64,000 nucleotides of DNA from a bacterium. GTDB taxonomy: Bacteria > Desulfobacterota > DSWW01. The stretch lies in contig JBFLZG010000123.1 of assembly GCA_040756235.1 (NCBI GenBank), positions 1-64,000 of the forward strand, in the 5' to 3' direction. Of this stretch, positions 51,877-61,661 are shown piece by piece. The notes beneath the pieces are model-generated. The model worked only from the letters and a program-made list of their open reading frames with translations. It was not told the DNA's origin and made no database searches. The position numbers and the translations under genes were made by a program. The stretch's first letter is position 1; every line of letters starts with the position of its first letter.

Positions 51877-51894
51877 CTAACAGACGTTTGCTAG
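51877..51894. promoter_or_regulatory. Palindromic operator-like site upstream of the thiolase-like gene
   Basis: CTAACAGACGTTTGCTAG. Confidence 0.5.
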
Positions 51895-52253
51895 CTGCAG
51901 CGGGGCTCCTGCCGCAGCAGACGCTGTCGCTGGTGCCAGAGAAGACCTAAACGACTACAGCGTCGCGGGCTTCCGGGAGCTCTGCAAGCAGGGCCATCAC
52001 GGCAGCCCAGGCAATGTCGGCGTAAGCACGCTCGGCTGTTCTTTGAGGACCGGCCGCTCGGCAGGGAAGCGGCGACGCGCAAGTACCATCGGACATTGCG
52101 AGGACCGAAGGTCCGTGGCAACCTCCCGGTTACATGGAGGTCGCCACGCTTGCGCTTGCGATCTTCGGCGTTCTTTGAGCCGCGGGTGCCACGCCTCCTC
52201 AGCGCGGCCGGCTGCCCTCGCGGAATACGGGTCGTTCACCGGAGGGGGCCATC

Positions 52254-53438
52254 ATGACTCATCTGAAGGGAAAGGTTGCGATCGTCGGAATCGGAGAAGT
52301 GCCCACGGGAAGGTTTCCGGAAACGCCGGCCATCGGTCACGCCATCGAATCGGCCAGGCAGGCCATCCGCGATTCAGGGCTGAGCAGGGACGAGATCGAT
52401 TTCGTCATGCCGGCCGGGGCCGCTTTCAGCTTCAGTTACATCGGCGAGCTGACCACGGCCCGCCTGGTGGAGGAGCTCGGGCTCAAGAACTGCAAGAAGA
52501 ACTGCCTGGTCTTTTCCGGAGGGTCGAGCAGCAGCGCGGGGCTGCAGATGGCCTGCAGCATGATCGCCAGCGGCTGCGCCCGGTCGGTTCTGTTCTCTCA
52601 TTCCGAGCAGCTGGGCAGCGCCATCACCAGCCAGGAGGGGATCGATCTGTTTGCCACTTCCGGGATCTCTCCGGAGTGGGAGGTTCCGTTCGGACAGCAC
52701 TACTCCTCGGTCGCCGCCCTGGCGACCACGCGCTACCAGTACGAGACCGGCTGCACCGACGAACATCTCGCCGCCGTCTGCGTCTCGAACCGCAAGTGGG
52801 CCGAACGGAACCCCCATGCGTTCTTCCGCAAGCCGCTCACCATCGAGGAGGTCCTCTCGTCCAAGATGCTGTCGACGCCGCTCCGCTCGAAGATGTCCAA
52901 CATGCTCTTTGACGGGGGGTCCGCCTTTGTCCTCACCTCCGCCGAACGGGCCCGGGACCTTCCGAACCAACCGGTGTACATCCTGGGTGAAGGCGGGATC
53001 GTGACCCATCACGTGTACTGCCAGGAACCGGATCTGACCCGCTTCGGTTGGGCTCGGGCAGCCGAGCAGGCTTTTGCGCAGGCCGGCATCACTGCAGGCG
53101 ACATCGACCTGGCGGAGATCTACGACTCTTACCCCGTCTACCAGCTCATCGCCTTCGAAGAGATCGGGCTGTGCGCCAGGGGGGAAGCAGGGGAGATCTT
53201 TCTGAGGGGCGAGACCTGGCCGGGCGGAAGGATTCCGTGCACGACCGACGGCGGCATGCTGTCCAAGGGGCATATCGGCGCCGGAGGGGGGGTGTCGCTG
53301 CTGGTCGAGGCAGCCAGGCAGCTCATGGGCAAGGCCGGTGAACGGCAGGTCGCGAACGCCCGCTTCGCCGTGGATACCGCCACGGGGGGAACCTACATGG
53401 ACGCACAGGTCACGATCCTGGGCACCGAGATTCCATAA
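52254..53438 (+). CDS. Thiolase-like protein (SCP-x/Ltp2 type)
   Basis: VAIVGIGE, RKWA-NP-A, DGGSA, AEIYDSY, TDGGMLSKGH. Confidence 0.85.
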   Translation: MTHLKGKVAIVGIGEVPTGRFPETPAIGHAIESARQAIRDSGLSRDEIDFVMPAGAAFSFSYIGELTTARLVEELGLKNCKKNCLVFSGGSSSSAGLQMACSMIASGCARSVLFSHSEQLGSAITSQEGIDLFATSGISPEWEVPFGQHYSSVAALATTRYQYETGCTDEHLAAVCVSNRKWAERNPHAFFRKPLTIEEVLSSKMLSTPLRSKMSNMLFDGGSAFVLTSAERARDLPNQPVYILGEGGIVTHHVYCQEPDLTRFGWARAAEQAFAQAGITAGDIDLAEIYDSYPVYQLIAFEEIGLCARGEAGEIFLRGETWPGGRIPCTTDGGMLSKGHIGAGGGVSLLVEAARQLMGKAGERQVANARFAVDTATGGTYMDAQVTILGTEIP

Positions 53439-53458
53439 GGAGCAGATGGAGGCGCAGC

Positions 53459-53872
53459 ATGGAAAGGACGAAGAAGCCCGTCCCGGTGGTAACGCCTTGG
53501 GGCATGCCGTTCTGGCAGGCCGCGCGCGAGGGGAAACTGGTCATCCAGAAATGTTCGGACTGTCACGGACATATCTTCTATCCGCGGCTGCTCTGTCCGC
53601 ATTGCGGCTCGCAACGGCTCGCGTGGACGGAGGCCTCCGGGAGAGGGACGATCTACTCCTACACGGTCGTGCGGAGCAACGCCCCGTCTGCATTCCTGGA
53701 GGACATGCCGTACGTGGTCGCGGTAATCCGCTTGGCCGAGGGGGTGCAGATGCTGAGCAACATCGTCGGCTGCGACCCGGACCAGCTCGCGTGCGACATG
53801 CCGGTGGAAGTGGTCTTCGAAACGCTGACGGAAGAATTCAAGCTTCCCAAGTTCCGCCCCCTCCCAGGTTGA
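53459..53872 (+). CDS. DUF35 Zn-ribbon/OB-fold protein
   Basis: PFW-GKLVIQKCSDC-YPR-CPHC, SGRGTIYSYT, PYVVA. Confidence 0.9.
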   Translation: MERTKKPVPVVTPWGMPFWQAAREGKLVIQKCSDCHGHIFYPRLLCPHCGSQRLAWTEASGRGTIYSYTVVRSNAPSAFLEDMPYVVAVIRLAEGVQMLSNIVGCDPDQLACDMPVEVVFETLTEEFKLPKFRPLPG

Positions 53873-53943
53873 GCGTCGATATCGAGGGGAACCGGACGGC
53901 AGCGTGCAGGAGACGGCCGGCCGGCGAGCGGCGATGCGGAGGA

Positions 53944-54140
53944 CCTAGGAGGCTGTCCAAGTATTCGGCTCCTGGAGGCTGTTCAGAAATGTCCAGATGC
54001 AAGGCGCACGAAATCCTGAGGAATGAGGCGTACATGGCAGTACGCCGCAATGACCCCGGCCTTCGCCGGGGCAGGCTCCCCCGCCTCTATGCCGCGCCAG
54101 TGCAACGCAGCAGATGGGCATTTATGGACAGCCTCCTAGG
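53944..54140. mobile_element. MITE-like element, GAGGCTG...CAGCCTC family
   Basis: Perfect 16-bp IR CCTAGGAGGCTGTCCA / TGGACAGCCTCCTAGG; internal sequence shared with 59291-59447 and 61774-61902. Confidence 0.75.
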
Positions 54141-54190
54141 GAAACGCACGGAGCGCACTCGGCAAGGGCCGAGAGGAGAGAGGCGAGGCC

Positions 54191-54652
54191 ATGGAGCGGC
54201 AGAAGTGGGGGGATGATTTCCAGGTCGGGGACGTGTACGCGACCCAGTCCATCACCGTGACCGAGGCCCACGTGGTGAACTGGGCCTGCCTGACCATGGA
54301 TTTCTATCCGTTGCACGTGGACAAGGAATATGCGGCCAAGACCCAGTTCGGAGAACGCCTGGCTCACGGTCCTCTGATCTTCGGCATGGCGATCGGTCTG
54401 GCCGGCATGGCGGGTTTCGGGGGCGACGCGGCCGTTGCGTGGCTGGGGGTCGACCACATGAGGATGATGACCCCGGTCAGGATCGGCGACACCATCCGAG
54501 TGATGGTCGAGCTGCTCGAAAAGAAGCCCACGAAGCGTCCCGACAGGGGCGTACAGACCTGGCAATACACCGTGAAGAACCAGAAGGACGAGTCCGTGAT
54601 GGAGTTCAGGAACACACTTCTCTTCCACATGCGCGGCGTCAACCCGGCCTGA
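54191..54652 (+). CDS. MaoC family dehydratase
   Basis: DFYPLHVD-YA-FGERLAHG, PVRIGDTI. Confidence 0.9.
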   Translation: MERQKWGDDFQVGDVYATQSITVTEAHVVNWACLTMDFYPLHVDKEYAAKTQFGERLAHGPLIFGMAIGLAGMAGFGGDAAVAWLGVDHMRMMTPVRIGDTIRVMVELLEKKPTKRPDRGVQTWQYTVKNQKDESVMEFRNTLLFHMRGVNPA

Positions 54653-55631
54653 CCGGCCGCTTGAGCGAGAGCGGCGGCTCGAAGCCGGTCAGGCGCAAGG
54701 CCCAGGGCCGCGGGTAGAGCAGCTCGATGCTGAGCTTCGCGGGATCGTTCACGTACATCACCTTGAACACCCCGATGTCCACGGGAATGCCGTTCGGACG
54801 GCAGCCGTCCTGGACGGCGCGCCAGAACTGCGCCTCAAAGGCGGCCCTGCTGCGGAAGCCGAAGGCGACGTTCATGATCCCCTGGTCGCAGATGCGGTAC
54901 CCTTCCGGCCAGGGTCTTCCCGCAGGACGCGTGTACTCGACCAGCTCCACCAGCATGCCTCCTGCGCTCAGCAGGAGACTCTTGCGCTCCGCCCCGCCCA
55001 GACCCCGCATGGCTTCGTGCTCCGGGCCGTGAAGCCGAATCCCCACGGCTTCGGCCAAGCCGAAGGTCTCCTGCCAGACGCGGCGAGCGGCCTCCAGGTC
55101 GGGCACCGAGACGGTCACCGTTCGCACCGTCACCGGCACCTCCGGCCGCAGGCCCGGCGGCGCGAGACCCGCGAGCGGGTCCTTCTCCAGGATCTCCACC
55201 AGGTTGCCCTCGGGGTCGCGGACGCAGACCCGGCGGTCGCCCTGCCCTCCCACGGGCTCCGAGAGCGGACGAGCTCCCAGGCGCGCAAGATTTTCCAGGG
55301 TCCGGCTGAAGTCCGCCGTATGGAGCCCGAACATGCTGTAGCCGATGTCGCTCGGCTTCCAGTCGGGCCTTCTCGGTTTGGATTTCGGGCTCCAGTACTG
55401 GAAGAACTCCATCTGGAAGAGGTCTTTGCTGTCCAGGAGCCAGCGGCACACGCTGGCCACGCGCGGAATGCCCTGGACCCGCGTCGTCAAAGGGCCCGCG
55501 AAGACGGTCCCGCCCGAGGGCAGGAAGCCGAACACTTCCTGATACCAGCGGCGCAGGCGGGTGCCGTCGAGCGCAACGAGAGCGACCTGGCACAAGAACG
55601 ACCCGTTCGGCATGGGAGCGTCCTCCTTCAT
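54639..55631 (-). CDS. VOC/glyoxalase family protein
   Basis: WYQEVFG, MEFFQY, VRDPEGNLVE, VELVEY, YVNDP-IEL. Confidence 0.8.
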   Translation of the reverse strand: MKEDAPMPNGSFLCQVALVALDGTRLRRWYQEVFGFLPSGGTVFAGPLTTRVQGIPRVASVCRWLLDSKDLFQMEFFQYWSPKSKPRRPDWKPSDIGYSMFGLHTADFSRTLENLARLGARPLSEPVGGQGDRRVCVRDPEGNLVEILEKDPLAGLAPPGLRPEVPVTVRTVTVSVPDLEAARRVWQETFGLAEAVGIRLHGPEHEAMRGLGGAERKSLLLSAGGMLVELVEYTRPAGRPWPEGYRICDQGIMNVAFGFRSRAAFEAQFWRAVQDGCRPNGIPVDIGVFKVMYVNDPAKLSIELLYPRPWALRLTGFEPPLSLKRPVRPG

Positions 55632-55709
55632 GCGAAATTGCCGATTCGAGCGCTGCCCCGAACGAGCGGATCATAGCACGGGCAGTTCCGGTGGGGGAAG
55701 GATGACGGA

Positions 55710-55763
55710 GTGCGGCGGGTGCCCGCCTCGATCGTCTCGAGCTCAGCAAGCGGCACCCCCGCA
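55710..55763. repeat. Internally deleted mini copy of the ~250-nt element
   Basis: GTGCGGCGGGTGCCCGCCTCGATCGTCTCGAGCTCA joined to GCAAGCGGCACCCCCGCA. Confidence 0.6.
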
Positions 55764-55946
55764 GAGCTGCCCTTACGGCTTGCCTGAATCCCGGCCCTGC
55801 TGGTAGAGTAACGGGGCCGAAAGGAGGGGAGGATCCGCTTCCGTCTGCTTCGGCATCGCACCTCCGCCGGCCGGACGACAGCTTGGACGCACATCGGGTC
55901 ACGCCAACAGACAGGCTCTCTGGGTGAGCTCTCCAAGGAGGAATCC

Positions 55947-56762
55947 GTGACGATCCCGACAGCCATCATCACCGGGACGGCGAGCGGCATCGGCAGGAAT
56001 TTCGCCCATACCGTGAAGGACAGATTCCGCCTGACCGTTGCCGACATCCGCTACGACCGATTAAAGGCCGACTTCGGGGAGGAAACGGAGAACCTGCTGC
56101 CGATGGAGATGGACGTCTCCCGGGAAGAGGACTGGAACCGGGTCCTCGACGCCACGACCCGGAAGTTCGGCAGGCTCGACTACCTGTTCAACATCGCAGG
56201 CGTTTCCCTTCCGCGCTTCATCCGTGACGCGGACGCGTCCTTCATCGACCGGCACATGGACGTGAACGCCAAGGGGGTCATGTACGGGACCGTGCTGGCG
56301 GCCAAGATCATGGAGCGGCAGCGGTCCGGTCACATCGTCAACATCGCCTCTCTCGCCGGCATTGCGCCGGTAGCCGGTCTGAGCTTCTACACCGCCTCCA
56401 AGTACGCGGTCCGCGGCTTCTCCCTCACCGCCGCCATCGAGCTCAGGCCCAAGAACGTCTACGTCACCGTGATCTGCCCGGACCTGGTCAAGACCGCCAT
56501 GTACGACAACCAGCTCACCCTTCCGGAAGAGTCCGCCATCACCTTCTCCGGGCCGAAGAAGGTGCTGACGGTCGAGAACCTGGCAGGGGCGCTGCTCGAA
56601 GCCATCGAGAAGAAGCCCATCGAGATCACGATCCCGAGGTCACGGGGCCTGCTTTCCAAGCTGGCCTGTTCCGTCCCTTATCTCTCTCTGCTCCTGGCCG
56701 ACAGCATGCACAAGAAGGGGCTTCGGCGGATCGAAGAAATCAAGCGATCGGGGCGTGCTTGA
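55947..56762 (+). CDS. SDR family oxidoreductase
   Basis: ITGTASGIG, FNIAG, NIAS, YTASK. Confidence 0.88.
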   Translation: MTIPTAIITGTASGIGRNFAHTVKDRFRLTVADIRYDRLKADFGEETENLLPMEMDVSREEDWNRVLDATTRKFGRLDYLFNIAGVSLPRFIRDADASFIDRHMDVNAKGVMYGTVLAAKIMERQRSGHIVNIASLAGIAPVAGLSFYTASKYAVRGFSLTAAIELRPKNVYVTVICPDLVKTAMYDNQLTLPEESAITFSGPKKVLTVENLAGALLEAIEKKPIEITIPRSRGLLSKLACSVPYLSLLLADSMHKKGLRRIEEIKRSGRA

Positions 56763-56773
56763 AGGAGGCGACC

Positions 56774-57607
56774 ATGGAGAGCCGAGTCGCTCTCGTCACC
56801 GGCGCCACGAGCGGGATCGGAAAGCAGACCGCCTCCGAGCTGGCGCGGCAGGGGTTCACGGTCGCCCTGGGCTGTCGCGACCCGCAAAGGGGCGAAGCGG
56901 CCCGCCGGGAGATCGCCGCTGAGGCAGGCAGCCAACGGGTTTCGGTCTTGCCGGTGGATCTGGCTTCCCTGGGGTCGGTGCGCCGGGCGGCCGCCGCCTT
57001 TGCCGGCTCCTTCGAACGGCTGGACGTCCTGGTCAACAACGCCGGGATCTTCACGATGCGCCAGCACCTGACCGAGGACGGGTTCGAGGCCCAGTTCGGT
57101 GTGAACCATCTGGGGCACTTTCTGCTGACCCTCGAGCTCCTCGACCTGCTGAAGCGGAGCGCACCCTCCCGCGTGGTCGTCGTCAGCTCGGCCATGCACA
57201 AGGGAGGCCGCATCGATTTCGACACCTTCCGGGGACGGAGGCCCTACCGGCCGGTCGCCGCGTACCGGCAGTCGAAGCTCGCCAATGTCCTGTTCACGAC
57301 CGAGCTGGCGGGCAGGCTCCGAGGGACGGGCGTGACGGCCAATGCCCTGCATCCGGGTTCGATCGCGACCGGCATCTACCGGGACGCGCCCCTTCCGGTC
57401 CGCGCCGTGGTGCGTTTGCTCCTGCAGGCGCCGCGCGCAGGGGCCAGGACGTCGGTGTACCTGGCCACGTCTCCGGAAGTCGCGGGCACGACCGGCCTTT
57501 ACTTCGAGAAGAGCAGGCCCGTCGCAACTTCCCGGGAGGCCCGGGACTCGGCGCTTGCCGAGAGACTCTGGCAGAAGAGCGAAGAGCTCTGCCGCACCGC
57601 AACTTGA
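56774..57607 (+). CDS. SDR family oxidoreductase (retinol dehydrogenase-like)
   Basis: VTGATSGIG, VNNAG, GVNHLGHF, YRQSKLAN, LHPG. Confidence 0.9.
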   Translation: MESRVALVTGATSGIGKQTASELARQGFTVALGCRDPQRGEAARREIAAEAGSQRVSVLPVDLASLGSVRRAAAAFAGSFERLDVLVNNAGIFTMRQHLTEDGFEAQFGVNHLGHFLLTLELLDLLKRSAPSRVVVVSSAMHKGGRIDFDTFRGRRPYRPVAAYRQSKLANVLFTTELAGRLRGTGVTANALHPGSIATGIYRDAPLPVRAVVRLLLQAPRAGARTSVYLATSPEVAGTTGLYFEKSRPVATSREARDSALAERLWQKSEELCRTAT

Positions 57608-57616
57608 GAGGAAGAC

Positions 57617-59239
57617 ATGAGCCAATTCGAAGAGGGCCTTGCACGCTGTCCCGCCAACCATCGACCGTTGACCCCCCTGTCGTTCCTGGAGCGTTGCGCC
57701 TGGATCTACCGGACCAAGCCGGCCGTGATCCACGGAGAGCGGCGCATGCTCTATCCTGAGCTCTATGCCCGCTGCCGCCGGCTCGCATCGGCGCTCTCGA
57801 GCTGCGGCGTCCGGCCCGGGGACACGGTCTCGGTGCTGGCCCCGAACACCCCGCCCATGCTGGAGGCCCATTTCGGCGTGCCGATGGCCGGGGCGGTCCT
57901 GAACACGATCAACGTGCGCCTGGACGCCAGGACCATCGCCCACATCCTGGACCACAGCGAGGCCAAGGTCTTCATCACCGACCTGGAGTTCTCGGCCGCG
58001 GCATCCGAGGCGCTCGCCCTGGCTTCCGTGAAACCCCTGGTGATCGACATCGACGACCCCATCGGGGGGGTCCCCGGGGAACGCCTCGGCACGACCGAGT
58101 ACGAGGCCTTCCTGCAGCAGGGCGACCCTGAATTCCCCATGACCGAGCCGCGGGACGAGTGGCAGCCGATCGCTCTGAACTACACCTCCGGCACCACGGG
58201 CAACCCGAAGGGGGTCGTATACCACCACCGGGGCGCGTACCTCTCCGGGCTCTGCAATCCCATGATGATGGAGATGACCCCGGAGACGGTCTACCTGTGG
58301 ACGCTGCCGATGTTCCACTGCAACGGCTGGTGCTTCACCTGGGGCGTGACCGCGGTCGGGGGCACCCACGTCTGCCTGCGCAGGTTCGAGCCGGCCGCCG
58401 TGTTCGATCTGATCCGGCGCCACCGGGTCACGCACCTGTGCGGCGCTCCGATCATCCTGAACTCCCTGGCAAACGCTCCCGAGGCATCCTCGGTCCGCTT
58501 CGACCACCCGGTGCGCCTCGCGACCGGAGGGGCGGCGCCGCCCAGCCGGGTGATCGCGGCCATGGAGCCGATGAACTTCCGGGTCATCCACCTCTACGGC
58601 CTGACCGAGACATTCGGGCCGGCGACCGTTTGCGCGTGGCAGACGGAATGGGACGGCCTGGACCTCGAAGGGAGGGCCCAGAAATCCGCCCGCCAGGGGG
58701 TTCACTCACCGTCTCTGACCGACGTCCGGGTCGCGAACCCGGACACGCTCGAGCCGGTGCCGGCAGACGGCGAGACGATCGGAGAGATCCTGCTTCGGGG
58801 CCACACGATCATGAGAGGGTACCTGAAGAACCCCGGAGCCTCGGAAGAGGCGCTCGGCAAGGGGTGGTTCCGCACCGGCGATCTCGGGGTCCTGCACCCG
58901 GACGGGTACGTCGAGATCAAGGACCGTTCCAAGGACATCATCATCTCCGGGGGCGAGAACATCTCCAGCGTGGAGCTGGAGGAGGTCCTCTACAAGCATC
59001 CGTGCGTGCTCGAGGCCGCGGTCGTGGCGCGGCCGGACGAGAAGTGGGGCGAGACGCCCTGCGCCTTCGTCTGCCTCAAGCAGGGGAAGAGCGCCTCGGC
59101 CGAGGAGATCATCCGCTTCTGCCGGGACAACCTGGCCCACTACAAGATCCCCCGGACCATCGTCTTCGAAGAGCTGCCCAAGACGGCCACCGGCAAGGTG
59201 CAGAAGCACCTGCTCAGGGACAAGGCCAGAACGTTTTAG
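57617..59239 (+). CDS. Acyl-CoA synthetase
   Basis: LTPLSFL, NYTSGTTGNPKG, PMFHCNGW, YGLTE, WFRTGD, PKTATGK. Confidence 0.92.
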   Translation: MSQFEEGLARCPANHRPLTPLSFLERCAWIYRTKPAVIHGERRMLYPELYARCRRLASALSSCGVRPGDTVSVLAPNTPPMLEAHFGVPMAGAVLNTINVRLDARTIAHILDHSEAKVFITDLEFSAAASEALALASVKPLVIDIDDPIGGVPGERLGTTEYEAFLQQGDPEFPMTEPRDEWQPIALNYTSGTTGNPKGVVYHHRGAYLSGLCNPMMMEMTPETVYLWTLPMFHCNGWCFTWGVTAVGGTHVCLRRFEPAAVFDLIRRHRVTHLCGAPIILNSLANAPEASSVRFDHPVRLATGGAAPPSRVIAAMEPMNFRVIHLYGLTETFGPATVCAWQTEWDGLDLEGRAQKSARQGVHSPSLTDVRVANPDTLEPVPADGETIGEILLRGHTIMRGYLKNPGASEEALGKGWFRTGDLGVLHPDGYVEIKDRSKDIIISGGENISSVELEEVLYKHPCVLEAAVVARPDEKWGETPCAFVCLKQGKSASAEEIIRFCRDNLAHYKIPRTIVFEELPKTATGKVQKHLLRDKARTF

Positions 59240-59290
59240 ACACGTCGATCGCACACCCCAAGTCGGGCGGGGGTGAGGAACACCCCCGGA

Positions 59291-59447
59291 GAGGCTGGTG
59301 AGAAATGCCCGGATGCAAGGCGCGCGACATCCCGAGGAGTGAGGCGTAACCGGAGGCACTTTGGACCCCGGCCTTCGCCGGGGCAGGCTCCCCCAGCCGC
59401 CATTCCCCTGAGTGCAACGCCGCAGATGGGCGTTTATCGACAGCCCC
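59291..59447. mobile_element. MITE-like element copy
   Basis: GAGGCTGGTGAGAAATG...GCAACGCCGCAGATGGGCGTTTATCGACAGCCCC. Confidence 0.7.
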
Positions 59448-59501
59448 TCGGGCGGGCGGGGATTCATCATCAGGGAGGAGGAGGAGAAGGAGGGAAGAGG
59501 G

Positions 59502-60995
59502 ATGGCCATTCTGGAAGAACCGATCCGCGGCGTTCGTAACATCAGGAACTACATCGACGGCGAGTGGGTGGAGTCCAGGGGCGAGGTGATCGAAGTGGTC
59601 AACCCCGCCACCTGCGAGGTCATGGGGCATGTGGGCATCTCCACCAAGGAGGAGATCGACGCCGCGGTCCAGGCGGCCCGGAACGCCTTTCCGGACTGGA
59701 GGAGGACTCCCGCGGTCACGCGCTGCCGGTACCTGCACCGACTGCTCCATCTCGTGGAGGAGCACTTCGAGGAGCTGAGCCGCATCCAGACCCAGGAGCA
59801 CGGGAAGACGGTCGACGAGTCGAGGGGAGAGACGCGGCGGGGGATCGAGAACATCGAGGTGGCGAGCGGGATCCCGACCCTCATGATGGGAGACTCCTCC
59901 GAGGACATCGCCTCGGGCATCGACGAATACCTCATCCGGGTCCCGCTCGGCGTGTTCGGGATCATCGGGCCGTTCAACTTCCCGTTCATGATCCCCCTGT
60001 GGTCGGCACCGTATGCCGTGGCCACGGGCAACTGCGTCGTCGTGAAGCCCTCCCCGGACGTGCCGTTCAGCCAGACGCGCCTGGCCCAGCTGGTGGAGGA
60101 GGCCGGCTTCCCCCCCGGCGTCTGGAACTTGGTCCACGGAGAGAAGACGGTCGTCCGGGGGATGCTGGACCACCCCGACATCAAAGGGATCACCTTTGTC
60201 GGGAGCTCCCCGGTCATGCGCGAGGTGATCTACCCCGGCTGCGGGAACACCGGCAAGCGCTGCATCGCCCAGGGCGGCGCCGCAAACATCATGGTCGTCA
60301 TGCCGGACTGCAACGTCCAGGCCGCGATCCCGGCCCTGCTCACCTCCTTTTTCGGCAATGCCGGCCAGCGCTGTCTCGCCGGGCAGACCCTCGTCATGGT
60401 GGGCGACGACAACCGGTTCTACAGCGACTTCGTGGCCAAGGTCACGGAGCGGGCCAGGGGCATCATCATCGGGTACGGCCTCGACGAGTCCGTGCAGATG
60501 GGCCCGGTCAAGGACGCGAAGAAGAAGGAACGCATCCTCGGTTACATCGAGGCCGGGCTCCGGGAAGGCGCCACGCTCCGGCTGGACGGGCGCAAGCCGA
60601 AGGAGATCGCGGGCGGCTACCCGGACACCTGCTTCCTCGGGCCCACGATCCTGGAGGACCTCCAGCGGGACATGCGGATCGTCCGCGAAGAGATCTTCGG
60701 GCCCACGATGGGCATCCTCAGGGTGAAGACCCTCGAGGACGCCATCGAAGTCTGCAACGAGAGCCCTTACCACAACGGGCACGCCATCTTCACCTCCAGC
60801 GGAAAGCACGCGCGCTGCTTCCAGTACGAGGTGATCAGCGGGAACGTGGGCGTGAACATCGGGATCGTGGCTCCCATGGCCTTCTTCCCCTTCAGCGGCA
60901 TGACCGGCTCCTTCATGGGCATCCTGCACACCCAGGGCAAGGAGGCGGTGCGCTTCTTCACGGAGAGCAAGGTCTGCATCCACCGCTGGCCCTGA
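59502..60995 (+). CDS. mmsA: CoA-acylating methylmalonate-semialdehyde dehydrogenase
   Basis: PFNFPFMIPLW, ITFVGS, AGQRCLA, EEIFGP, VGVNIGI-APMA-FPFSG. Confidence 0.85.
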   Translation: MAILEEPIRGVRNIRNYIDGEWVESRGEVIEVVNPATCEVMGHVGISTKEEIDAAVQAARNAFPDWRRTPAVTRCRYLHRLLHLVEEHFEELSRIQTQEHGKTVDESRGETRRGIENIEVASGIPTLMMGDSSEDIASGIDEYLIRVPLGVFGIIGPFNFPFMIPLWSAPYAVATGNCVVVKPSPDVPFSQTRLAQLVEEAGFPPGVWNLVHGEKTVVRGMLDHPDIKGITFVGSSPVMREVIYPGCGNTGKRCIAQGGAANIMVVMPDCNVQAAIPALLTSFFGNAGQRCLAGQTLVMVGDDNRFYSDFVAKVTERARGIIIGYGLDESVQMGPVKDAKKKERILGYIEAGLREGATLRLDGRKPKEIAGGYPDTCFLGPTILEDLQRDMRIVREEIFGPTMGILRVKTLEDAIEVCNESPYHNGHAIFTSSGKHARCFQYEVISGNVGVNIGIVAPMAFFPFSGMTGSFMGILHTQGKEAVRFFTESKVCIHRWP

Positions 60996-61035
60996 GGCCG
61001 ATTCCCCTCGGGCGTCTCGGCTGAGGCGTCGGATA

Positions 61036-61148
61036 CCCTCTCCCCCGACGCGCGGGGGAGAGGCCCAGGGTGAGGGGGGACAACGGCTAAACCGGCAACG
61101 AACGCGCCCCTCATCCTGACCTTCTCCCCTCGGCGAGGGGAGAAGGGA
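61036..61148. repeat. CCCTCA/CCCTCTCCC hairpin repeat (opposite orientation)
   Basis: CCCTCTCCCCCG...CGGGGGAGAGG...CCCCTCATCCTGACCTTCTCCCCTCGGCGAGGGGAGAAGG. Confidence 0.8.
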
Positions 61149-61224
61149 ATCAACCATGGCCCCCATTCTGAGTGGAGGGGATGTCCGTGGGAGCGCCGGT
61201 GTTCACTGGAGAAAGGGCCAAGAC

Positions 61225-61656
61225 ATGAAACTGCGTACGGCTTCGGAGGCCCTCCGGTTCATCGCCGAGCTGGAAGAGACCGCCGCCGCCTTCTATGAAG
61301 AGCTGGCCCGCCGGCTCCCGGCCCAGGCGGACCCATTCCTCGGCTGGGCCAAGGAGAACAGGAGGTTCGTCCGGGAGGTGCAGAGGACCTACCAGTCGGC
61401 GATCACCGACGCCCTGGAAGGGTGCTTTGCCTTTGACCTGGACACTGACCGGTTCGTGGTGAATGCCGAGCTGCCGCCGGGCGCGGCCGAAGCCGAGGCT
61501 GCGGCCGCGGCCCTGTCCCTGGAGCGGCAGCTCCTCGGACTCTACGGCGCCGCGACCGAGCAGGCCGGGGCTCTGCTGGCCGATCTGCCGAGGACCTTCC
61601 GGATGATCGCGAAGAAGCGGCAGGGCCGCCTGGAACGCCTGGCCTTGCTGAAGTGA
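61225..61656 (+). CDS. Ferritin/rubrerythrin-like hypothetical protein
   Basis: ELEE-AAFYE-LA and LERQL-LY helices. Confidence 0.6.
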   Translation: MKLRTASEALRFIAELEETAAAFYEELARRLPAQADPFLGWAKENRRFVREVQRTYQSAITDALEGCFAFDLDTDRFVVNAELPPGAAEAEAAAAALSLERQLLGLYGAATEQAGALLADLPRTFRMIAKKRQGRLERLALLK

Positions 61657-61661
61657 GACGA

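Noticed and set aside
59412..59501. N-terminal extensions of the mmsA and GlcD-like ORFs in the ORF track
   Set aside because: They run through MITE-like sequence; downstream ATGs with RBS at 59502 and 61917 are preferred.
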